From an uncultured Bacteroidota bacterium (GTDB taxonomy: Bacteria > Bacteroidota > Bacteroidia > Bacteroidales > GWA2-32-17), in the NCBI GenBank assembly GCA_903872185.1, contig CAIQJL010000387.1:5027-69026 (forward strand): 64,000 nucleotides of DNA, in the 5' to 3' direction. Both the position numbers and the translations under genes were made by a program. The notes beneath the pieces were generated by a model that worked only from the letters and a program-made list of their open reading frames with translations, did no database searches and was not told the DNA's origin. Below are positions 27,443 to 35,073 of the stretch, piece by piece. Within the stretch, counting starts at the first letter, position 1. Each line of letters begins with the position of its first letter.

Positions 27443-28654
27443 TTAATTCTTTGTTTGCTTTATTGCTTCATTTACTGGAATTTTTTTTCCACCCTTTATT
27501 GCAATAACAAAAGCATCTGGAAATTGAGTTTTTATATCTTTCTGAACCTTTGTTATTTCTTCAAAAACAGTTGATTTTCCATAAGTATATTTAAAACAAC
27601 CATCAATATTTAACTCTTCAACTCCATTTAATCCTTTAAATGATTCTGGTTTATTATCCATCCTTTTTACTGATGAGATAATTTGCACTTTAAAGAATAA
27701 AGTATCACTATTTACCTGACTAACAAAATTTTCAGCAGAATGTTGAAAATCATTTTCAACTTTAACATTTTCAATAACAGTTTTATTAGTATCTATATTT
27801 TCTTTAATAGGCAAATCTTCATTATTTGTCTTTAAATTTCCTTCCATCTCATTTTTATATGACTTAAAAGCTCTGTAAATTGCTGAAGCCATTAAATTCT
27901 GATTAGTATCATTTAATAAATATTTTGCTTCATCAGCATTACTTAAAAAGCCTACTTCAGTTAAAATACTTGGCATTGATGTTTTCCATAAGACTAAAAA
28001 CCCAGCTTGTTTAACACCACGATCAAATCTACTTACCCTTTTTGTAAATTGTTCCTGAATTTTTGATGCTAAATTTAAGCTTTGATCTAAATGTGCATTT
28101 TGGTATAATGAAAATATAATAAATGCTTCAGGGCTATTTGGATCAAATCCTTCGTATTGATTCTGATAATTATCTTCTTTAGTAATAACCGCATTTTCAG
28201 TTCTAGCAACTTCTAAATTACCTTGAGTTTTATGCAATCCCATTACATAAGTTTCAGTTCCAAAAGGTTCTGTTTTTTTACTACTATTTACATGAATACA
28301 AATAAAAATATCCGCTTTATTATTATTTGCTATTTGAGCTCTTTTAAAAAGTTCAACAAACACATCAGTTTTTCTTGTATAAACAACTTTAACATCTTTA
28401 AAGTTTGTTTCAATAAAGTTTCCTAATTTTAATGAAATGGCAAGAGTAATATCTTTTTCTTTTCCATTATTACTAACTGCTCCGGGATCTTTTCCTCCAT
28501 GTCCAGCATCGATAACTACAGTCTTAATTCTAAATTTATTCTCATCGTTTTGTGCAAACGATTGAAAATTAATGAAAATTAACAAACCAAGCAAACCCGC
28601 ACATGATGCGGTGGTTCTATAAATCAAGTTTAAATGGCCTAAAGCCTGCATCAA
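27443..28654 (-). CDS. N-acetylmuramoyl-L-alanine amidase (Amidase_3, AmiC-like) with C-terminal SPOR-like domain
   Basis: 403 aa. Amidase motifs: VVIDAGHGGKDPGA, IFICIHVNS and LTEVGFLSN. C-terminus: FKVQIISSVKRM..FKGLNGVEE..GCFKYTYGKS..EE...FPDAFVIAI. Confidence 0.9.
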   Translation of the reverse strand: MMQALGHLNLIYRTTASCAGLLGLLIFINFQSFAQNDENKFRIKTVVIDAGHGGKDPGAVSNNGKEKDITLAISLKLGNFIETNFKDVKVVYTRKTDVFVELFKRAQIANNNKADIFICIHVNSSKKTEPFGTETYVMGLHKTQGNLEVARTENAVITKEDNYQNQYEGFDPNSPEAFIIFSLYQNAHLDQSLNLASKIQEQFTKRVSRFDRGVKQAGFLVLWKTSMPSILTEVGFLSNADEAKYLLNDTNQNLMASAIYRAFKSYKNEMEGNLKTNNEDLPIKENIDTNKTVIENVKVENDFQHSAENFVSQVNSDTLFFKVQIISSVKRMDNKPESFKGLNGVEELNIDGCFKYTYGKSTVFEEITKVQKDIKTQFPDAFVIAIKGGKKIPVNEAIKQTKN

Positions 28655-28664
28655 ATTTTTTGAT

Positions 28665-28672
28665 TAGTTTTG
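28665..28672 (+). promoter_or_regulatory. Putative -7 box for the lptD-like gene
   Basis: TAGTTTTG lies 22 nt upstream of the TTG start at 28695. Confidence 0.3.
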
Positions 28673-28694
28673 AAGTTTAATAGAAAACGACATT

Positions 28695-31376
28695 TTGCAC
28701 AAAAATAATACATTCATACGAAAATCAACGCATATTATTTTTGCTACAATATTGCTAATCTTCTTGGCGAATATTGCATATTGTCAGGTAATTGTACAAA
28801 AAGACACAATAATAAATAAAGTTGACACGTTAAATTTAACCGACGGAACTAAAATTGCAATCGATTCTTTAGGCAAAGACACCACAAAAGTTACCATAGT
28901 AAAAAAAGCAAGCAGGGTTGACGCTCCCGTTCAATATACAGCTAGCGATTCGATGATATTTAACATTAAAGAACAAAAAGTATATTTATACAATGCTGCA
29001 CAAATAAATTATAAAGAAATTGAATTAAAGGCTGATTACATTGAAATAAATTTTGGAAAAGATGAGGCATATGCTGCTGGCGTAAAAGACAGCTCTGGAA
29101 AAGAAGTTGGTAAGCCTCATTTCAAAGATGGTGGCGATGAATTTACTGCTCAAACATTAAGATATAATTTCAAAACAAAAAAAGGAATTATTAAAGGTGT
29201 AATAACCGAACAATCCGGAGGCTTTTTACATAGCGAACGAACAAAAAGATTAGGTGATGGTAACGTTTGTTTAAAAAACGGATTATACACAACCTGTAAT
29301 TTAGAGCATCCACATTTTTATGTAAATCTTACTAAAGCTAAAGTAATTCCAAAAGATAAAATTATTTCAGGTCCAGCATACCTTGTTATAGAAGACGTTC
29401 CCATCCCATTAGGTATTCCATTTGGGTTTTTTCCAAATAAAAAAGGAAACAAATCAGGTATATTACTTCCAGAATATGGCGAAGAACAATTAAGAGGATT
29501 CTTTCTTAAAAACGGAGGATATTATTTTGCAATTAGCGATTATCTTGAATTAACTTTAAGAGGCGATATTTATTCAAGAGGATCTTGGGGCAGCAGTTTA
29601 TTATCTAACTATAAAAAGAGATATAAATATCAGGGTAACATCAGCTTAAGCTACTCTAAAATGGTAACTGGCGAAAAAGAATTACCAAACTATAGCAGTA
29701 CAAACACATATTGGTTTAGATGGAGCCATAATCAGGATCAGAAAGCGCATCCTAATCATTCTTTTTCAGCAAATGTTAATCTTGGCTCAAGTTCATACAA
29801 CAGATACAATACTTATAATGCAAATAATCGCCTACAAAGTTCTGTTCAGTCAAGTGTTTCATATAGTCAAAGATGGCCAAATTCACCATTCAACCTTTCG
29901 GCTAACCTAAGACATAGTCAAAACTTATTGGATAGTACAGTAGATCTAAGTATTCCTGAACTATATTTTTCAATGTCAAGGCAGACTTTTTTTAAATCGA
30001 AAAAGAAAACAAAAAAATCAACCTGGTATACTAATTTATATGAGAATATTGGGATATCATATTCTGCAAACTTTTCTAACTCAATTCAAACAAAAGAAGA
30101 TAAATTATTTACCGACCAAACTCTTCATAATTTTCGTAATGGATTAAAGCACACTATACCAGTAAGCACTTCTTTAAAGATAATGAAATATTTCATGCTT
30201 AATCCATCACTTTCATATTCCGAAAGATGGTATCTTCAATCAACAGAAAAAACATGGATTCCTACTCAATACTCACCAACTGATACTATAAATGGGTATT
30301 TAAAAGCTGATACAATTAATGGATTTGCAAGATCAGGAGATTATATTGTTTCTATTCCATTAACAACAAAACTTTATGGCTTTTTCCAAAGCCGAAACCC
30401 AAATGCAAAAATAATTGCATTAAGACATATGGTTACACCATCTGTTAGCTATAGCTATAGGCCTGATTATTCAAAATCTCAATACGGATATTATAAAACA
30501 ATTCAAAAAGATGAGCTTGGCGGAAATGAAACTTATTCAAAATTCAATAATGGTATATTTGGTAGCCCACCTTCTGGAAAATATGGTGCAATAAATCTTA
30601 ATATTGGGAACAATCTGGAGATGAAAGTAAAATCAGCAAAAGACACAATTACAGGAACAAAAAAAATATCAATACTTGAAAGTTTAAACTTTGGAAGCTC
30701 ATATAACATGGCTTTAGATTCAATGAAATGGTCGTCAATAAATATTCAAGGAAGAACTACGCTTTTTAAAATATTAAGTATAAATTTTAGTGGAGTAGTA
30801 GACCCATATGCATACGATTCTATTGGAAGAAAATTAAAAGTATCACAATGGAAACAAAATAAAAAAATTGGAAGATTAGTTTCAGGAAATCTTTCAACTG
30901 GTTTTAGTCTTACCTCAGATGGTTTAAAGCAAAAACCAAGAGAAAATCAAAGTGATGCTGCAAAACAAGCAGCCTTAGTTGCTGGCTTACCCGATAATTA
31001 TTTAGATTACTATGTTGACTTTAAAGTGCCTTGGACATTTAGAGCAGACCTTAACCTATATTATAACAGTATTTATAGTATCGAAACATACTCTTTTAAA
31101 AACACACTTACAAAAGCATTAACTTTTTCTGGTGATATAAACATTACAGAAAAATGGAAATTTTCATACTCAACTGGTTATGATATAAAAACCAGGAAGT
31201 TTACATATACAAGTTTTAATATTTACAGAGATTTACATTGTTGGGAAATGCGTTTATCGTGGATTCCTTTTGGAACATATAGAAGTTATAGTTTTCAGAT
31301 TAACGTAAAATCAAGTGTTTTGCAAGATTTAAAACTTCTACGAAGAAGTCCACCAGATTATTCGCAGTTTAATTAG
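28695..31376 (+). CDS. lptD: LptD/OstA-like LPS-assembly outer-membrane protein
   Basis: 893 aa with a TTG start (no ATG in the N-terminal region). After the signal peptide comes an OstA-like N-domain (VQYTASDSMIFNIKEQKVYLYNAAQINYKEIELKADYIEINF), then a long beta-barrel-like region rich in alternating aromatics. It is divergent from the amidase gene, an arrangement I recall as typical of Bacteroidota. Confidence 0.75.
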   Translation: MHKNNTFIRKSTHIIFATILLIFLANIAYCQVIVQKDTIINKVDTLNLTDGTKIAIDSLGKDTTKVTIVKKASRVDAPVQYTASDSMIFNIKEQKVYLYNAAQINYKEIELKADYIEINFGKDEAYAAGVKDSSGKEVGKPHFKDGGDEFTAQTLRYNFKTKKGIIKGVITEQSGGFLHSERTKRLGDGNVCLKNGLYTTCNLEHPHFYVNLTKAKVIPKDKIISGPAYLVIEDVPIPLGIPFGFFPNKKGNKSGILLPEYGEEQLRGFFLKNGGYYFAISDYLELTLRGDIYSRGSWGSSLLSNYKKRYKYQGNISLSYSKMVTGEKELPNYSSTNTYWFRWSHNQDQKAHPNHSFSANVNLGSSSYNRYNTYNANNRLQSSVQSSVSYSQRWPNSPFNLSANLRHSQNLLDSTVDLSIPELYFSMSRQTFFKSKKKTKKSTWYTNLYENIGISYSANFSNSIQTKEDKLFTDQTLHNFRNGLKHTIPVSTSLKIMKYFMLNPSLSYSERWYLQSTEKTWIPTQYSPTDTINGYLKADTINGFARSGDYIVSIPLTTKLYGFFQSRNPNAKIIALRHMVTPSVSYSYRPDYSKSQYGYYKTIQKDELGGNETYSKFNNGIFGSPPSGKYGAINLNIGNNLEMKVKSAKDTITGTKKISILESLNFGSSYNMALDSMKWSSINIQGRTTLFKILSINFSGVVDPYAYDSIGRKLKVSQWKQNKKIGRLVSGNLSTGFSLTSDGLKQKPRENQSDAAKQAALVAGLPDNYLDYYVDFKVPWTFRADLNLYYNSIYSIETYSFKNTLTKALTFSGDINITEKWKFSYSTGYDIKTRKFTYTSFNIYRDLHCWEMRLSWIPFGTYRSYSFQINVKSSVLQDLKLLRRSPPDYSQFN

Positions 31377-31378
31377 GT

Positions 31379-31957
31379 CTATAATCCCTCTACCCAATTT
31401 TTTAATATCTGCTTACCTGCTGGTGTTAATATAGATTCTGGATGAAACTGAATTCCTTTAATATTAAATTTTTTATGTGCCAAAGCCATTATAGTTTCAT
31501 TTTCATCTCTGGCTGTAACAGATAAACAATCCGGGAAATTTTCGTCAGAAACAGCCCAGGAATGATATCGACCAGATTTAAAAATCTTAGGAATATCTTT
31601 AAAAATATAATCGTCTGAAACTATTCTTGTCTCGCGCTCAACTCCATGCCAAACTTCTGGCATATTAAAAAGCTTAGCACCAAAAACTTCCGCAATCGCT
31701 TGATGTCCTAAACAGATGCCTAAAATCGGTTTATGTGCTCCAAAATTTAGAATTAATTCTTTTAAAATCGGAATATCTTTAGGCAAACCAGGTCCAGGCG
31801 AAATTATAACAGCATCATTTTTTTTTAAAGAATTTAAAGAAACTTTATTATTTCTAATAACCTCTATTTTCTTTGCTAGTGGCTGTATATAGTGATATAA
31901 ATTAAACGTAAACGAATCAAAATTATCAACAATAACTATGGAAATATTTTTTATCAA
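31379..31957 (-). CDS. Anthranilate/aminodeoxychorismate synthase component II (glutamine amidotransferase, TrpG/PabA)
   Basis: 192 aa with a TTG start. Motifs: IVDNFDSFTFNLYHYI, PILGICLGHQAI (catalytic Cys) and GIQFHPES. Confidence 0.92.
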   Translation of the reverse strand: MIKNISIVIVDNFDSFTFNLYHYIQPLAKKIEVIRNNKVSLNSLKKNDAVIISPGPGLPKDIPILKELILNFGAHKPILGICLGHQAIAEVFGAKLFNMPEVWHGVERETRIVSDDYIFKDIPKIFKSGRYHSWAVSDENFPDCLSVTARDENETIMALAHKKFNIKGIQFHPESILTPAGKQILKNWVEGL

Positions 31958-31979
31958 ACTACAAATAATTTTGAATTAC

Positions 31980-31987
31980 TACTTTTG
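31980..31987 (+). promoter_or_regulatory. Putative -7 box for ridA
   Basis: TACTTTTG lies 36 nt upstream of ATG 32024. A second match, TAATTTTG, is at 31966-31973. Confidence 0.3.
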
Positions 31988-32023
31988 AGCAAAATTTAAA
32001 ATTACAAACTTATAATTTATATA

Positions 32024-32398
32024 ATGAAAAAAGTAATTTCAACAGACAAAGCACCAAAAGCTATTGGTCCTTATAGTCAAGCTATTGAAGCCAATAATAC
32101 TGTTTACATTTCTGGTCAATTAGGAATTAACCCAGAAACAGGAACTTTAGTAGAAGGAATTGAAAAACAAACCGAACAGGTTTTAATAAACATGGGAGCT
32201 ATTTTAGAAGCTGCTGGATTATCATATAAAAATGTAGTAAAGTGCACAGTTTTACTAGAAAACATGGATAATTTTAAAGCAATGAACGAAGTTTACGGTA
32301 AATTTTTTACCAACGAAGCTCCAGCACGCGCTGCTTACGGAGTTGTAAAATTACCTTTAGGAGGTTTAGTAGAAATTGAAGCGATTGCAACAAAATAA
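32024..32398 (+). CDS. ridA: RidA/YjgF-family reactive-intermediate deaminase
   Basis: 124 aa. Motifs: APKAIGPYSQAI, VYISGQLGINPETG and PARAAYGVVKLPLGGLVEIEAIA. Confidence 0.93.
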   Translation: MKKVISTDKAPKAIGPYSQAIEANNTVYISGQLGINPETGTLVEGIEKQTEQVLINMGAILEAAGLSYKNVVKCTVLLENMDNFKAMNEVYGKFFTNEAPARAAYGVVKLPLGGLVEIEAIATK

Positions 32399-32402
32399 TA
32401 AA

Positions 32403-33017
32403 ATGTCTGGCTCAAATAATTTCGAACTTCCGGTTTATTCGCGCAATGTTGTTGAATTTGTAACAGTTGCAGTAGAATTTTGTAATTTCATTGAAAAAAG
32501 TCAGGAAATATCTGCCTTAGATTTCTCATTGGCAATAAATAAAATATTACCCCTCACCTATTTAAAAGCATCAATGTTGCCAAAAATTGATTCTGAAGAA
32601 GAAAGTAGTCCTGAGGAATTTGTAACCGAAGAAATTTACAATTATGTTCAGGAAAGTATTTCTTCGAAATTAGGTGAAAATGATTTAGATTGCGAGGTTC
32701 CAGAAACAGCATCACAAAATGGCGAAAACACCACTGCAACAATTTCGGAAATAATTGCCGACATTTACCAGGATTTAAAAAACTTCTCGATGAGTTATCG
32801 CACAGGTGAAGAATATATTATGACCGAATCACTTTGGATTTGCAAACAAAATTTCGAACAATTCTGGGGATTTAGATTATTAGCTGCTCAAACTCCATTT
32901 CATAAATTAATTTACGGAAATACTGATTGGGAAGCCACAAAATCAGCCAAGGAAGAAACAAATACAAGTAACTGGTTAATTTCACAACGTCAACAAGAGT
33001 GGGGTAATGATTTCTGA
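32403..33017 (+). CDS. DUF5063-like conserved hypothetical protein
   Basis: The ORF track starts at 32376, inside ridA. ATG 32403 (MSGSNNFELPVYSRNVVEFV) begins 5 nt after the ridA stop. The family assignment is from memory of the acidic helical protein that precedes a 3'-5' exonuclease in Bacteroidota. Confidence 0.55.
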   Translation: MSGSNNFELPVYSRNVVEFVTVAVEFCNFIEKSQEISALDFSLAINKILPLTYLKASMLPKIDSEEESSPEEFVTEEIYNYVQESISSKLGENDLDCEVPETASQNGENTTATISEIIADIYQDLKNFSMSYRTGEEYIMTESLWICKQNFEQFWGFRLLAAQTPFHKLIYGNTDWEATKSAKEETNTSNWLISQRQQEWGNDF

Positions 33018-33618
33018 TTTTCTGCAAAATATCACAAAAGAGGAAATTGAAAAACTTCCATTAGGTCATTTCGATGGTGAAATGATACTTGTTGATACCC
33101 TACCTAAACTAAAAAAAGCAGTTTTATATTTAAAAAAACAAAAAGAAATAGGTTTTGATACAGAAACAAAACCTGCTTTTGTAAAGGGACAAAAAAATCA
33201 TGTAGCGTTGTTACAACTCTCTACAAATAAAAAAGCATTTCTATTTCGCATTCACCATTTAAAATCTTTAAATATCCTTTTTGAACTTTTTGCAAACCCC
33301 AATATTATTAAGATAGGCGCAGATATTGGGCAAGATTTATCAGCATTACAAAAAGTCTCACCTTTTAAAGTAAATGGATTTATTGATATCCAAAAATATT
33401 CATGCGAATTTGGAATTATCGATAACGGACTTAAAAAATTAGCCGCAATTGTACTTGGCATTAAAATTTCAAAATCTCAACGATTAACAAACTGGGAAGC
33501 ACCTGAATTAACACAGAGTCAAATGCTTTATGCAGCAACTGATGCATGGGTTTGTTTAAAAATTTATCAGAAATTAGTAAAGAATAAAATTCTAAATAAT
33601 TCTGAAGAAACAAAATAA
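33007..33618 (+). CDS. 3'-5' exonuclease (DEDDy, RNase D / WRN-exonuclease-like)
   Basis: 203 aa. ExoI: IGFDTETKP. ExoII: KIGADIGQDLSAL. ExoIII: MLYAATDAWVCLKIY. It overlaps the upstream gene by 11 nt. Confidence 0.88.
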   Translation: MISDFLQNITKEEIEKLPLGHFDGEMILVDTLPKLKKAVLYLKKQKEIGFDTETKPAFVKGQKNHVALLQLSTNKKAFLFRIHHLKSLNILFELFANPNIIKIGADIGQDLSALQKVSPFKVNGFIDIQKYSCEFGIIDNGLKKLAAIVLGIKISKSQRLTNWEAPELTQSQMLYAATDAWVCLKIYQKLVKNKILNNSEETK

Positions 33619-33656
33619 TTAATAACAATTTATAAAACTTTATATTAAATCTAAAA

Positions 33657-33724
33657 TGTCATTCTGAACGCAGATAAGAATCTAGATACGAATAATAGAT
33701 GTTTCGCTTCACTCAACATGACAA
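33657..33724. repeat. GC-enriched imperfect inverted repeat (two roughly 27-nt units in opposite orientation) of the Bacteroidota intergenic-repeat type
   Basis: One arm is tgtcattctgaacgcagataagaatcta. The other arm, tagatgtttcgcttcactcaacatgaca, reverse-complements to gtcatgttgagtgaagcgaaacatcta. I count 18 of 27 positions shared. The right arm contains the ORF-track ATG at 33718. Confidence 0.6.
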
Positions 33725-33735
33725 AACAAAAAAGA

Positions 33736-34920
33736 ATGACCACTCCAAAACTTTTTTTAAAATCAGGAAAAGATAAATCTGTAAAAAGATTACATCCATG
33801 GATTTTTTCAGGCGCCATTGGCAAAACAGAAGGTAATCCTGCTGAGGGCGATGTAGTAGATTTATACGATCATGAAAAAAATTATATTGCAAAAGGACAT
33901 TATCAACCAGATTCTATCACAATAAGAATATTAACTTTTGAAAATGAAGAAATAGATTCTACTTTCTGGGAAAAAAGAATTCAGATTGCAGTTAACCATA
34001 GAATTTCCTGTGGACTTTATAATTCAGAAACAACCAACGTATTCAGATTAATTCATGGTGAAGGTGATTTTTTACCCGGATTAATTGTTGATTTTTATAA
34101 TGGCATTGCTGTAATTCAGTGTCACAGTGCAGGAATGTACCGCTCACGAATTGAAATTGCAAATGCATTAAAAACAATAATGGGCAATAAACTTATTGCA
34201 GTATATGATAAAAGTGCAGGAACACTTCCATTTAAATTTACCGAAATACCTGAAAATGGTTTTCTTATTGGCCAAGCAAACAGCGAAATTGAAGTTCTAG
34301 AAAATGGTTTTAAATTTCTAATAAATTTTGTTGAAGGTCAGAAAACCGGATTTTTTATTGACCAGCGCGAGAACCGACAACTTCTTTCTCAATATTCAAA
34401 AAATCGTGATGTAGCAAATATGTTTGCATATACAGGTGGATTTTCTGTTTATGCACTTGGTGCCGGAGCAAATTCTGTTCATAGTATTGATTCGTCAGCG
34501 AAAGCAACTGAATTAGCTTCACGTAACGTTGTTGCTAACAATTTTACTGAGAAACACGAAATAATTACTGAAGATGTTTTGAAATACATTGATAACATCG
34601 ATCAGAAATATGATTTGATAATACTAGACCCACCAGCATTTGCAAAACATACCCGAAATTTAAACAATGCTTTACAAGCTTATAAAAGATTAAATGCAAG
34701 AGCAATAAAAGCAATAAGAGCTGGAGGAATTATTTTTACTTTTAGTTGCTCTCAAGTTGTTAGTCGCGATGATTTTCGCCGTTCTGTTTTTGCAGCTGCT
34801 GCTTCAACGGGCAGGCAAGTAAAAATTCTACATCAGTTAACTCAACCGAATGATCACCCAATAAGTATTTACCATCCTGAAGGTGAATATTTAAAAGGAA
34901 TAGTTATTAAAGTAGAATAA
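33736..34920 (+). CDS. rlmI: 23S rRNA (cytosine1962-C5)-methyltransferase RlmI-like (PUA + class I SAM MTase)
   Basis: The ORF track starts at 33718, inside an intergenic repeat. ATG 33736 gives MTTPKLFLKSGKDKSVKRLHPWIFSGA, matching the spacing of E. coli RlmI (..RRHPWVFSGA). Other matching motifs: FRLIHGEGDFLPGLIVD, GQKTGFFIDQRENR, ILDPPAF and PEGEYLKG. Confidence 0.92.
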   Translation: MTTPKLFLKSGKDKSVKRLHPWIFSGAIGKTEGNPAEGDVVDLYDHEKNYIAKGHYQPDSITIRILTFENEEIDSTFWEKRIQIAVNHRISCGLYNSETTNVFRLIHGEGDFLPGLIVDFYNGIAVIQCHSAGMYRSRIEIANALKTIMGNKLIAVYDKSAGTLPFKFTEIPENGFLIGQANSEIEVLENGFKFLINFVEGQKTGFFIDQRENRQLLSQYSKNRDVANMFAYTGGFSVYALGAGANSVHSIDSSAKATELASRNVVANNFTEKHEIITEDVLKYIDNIDQKYDLIILDPPAFAKHTRNLNNALQAYKRLNARAIKAIRAGGIIFTFSCSQVVSRDDFRRSVFAAAASTGRQVKILHQLTQPNDHPISIYHPEGEYLKGIVIKVE

Positions 34921-34924
34921 AAAC

Positions 34925-34948
34925 AATGTTGGAGATAACTCCAACATT
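34925..34948. terminator. Perfect 10-bp hairpin between convergent rlmI and the ABC permease-peptidase gene (possible bidirectional terminator)
   Basis: The hairpin is aatgttggag-ataa-ctccaacatt, starting 5 nt after the rlmI stop. The T-run is weak on the plus side (ttt) and better on the minus side (tgtttttatt). Confidence 0.5.
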
Positions 34949-34957
34949 TGCTACAGA

Positions 34958-35050
34958 CCGTCATGCTGTTCGCCACGGCGAATTGTTTCAGCATCTCCTT
35001 TCTCTCATATTTTACACAGCCACCCTTCGACTACGCTCAGGGCGACTTTG
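34958..35050. repeat. GC-enriched composite intergenic repeat (nested palindromes)
   Basis: The first part is gtcatgctg-ttcgccacggcgaa-ttgtttcagcatctc. Here atgctg pairs with cagcat, and an inner hairpin pairs ttcgcc with ggcgaa. It is followed by cacccttcgactacgctcagggcgac. The unit begins with the same gtcatg.tg as the 33657-33724 unit. Local GC is clearly above the surrounding sequence. Confidence 0.6.
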
Positions 35051-35073
35051 TATAATGTGTTATGATTTTACTC

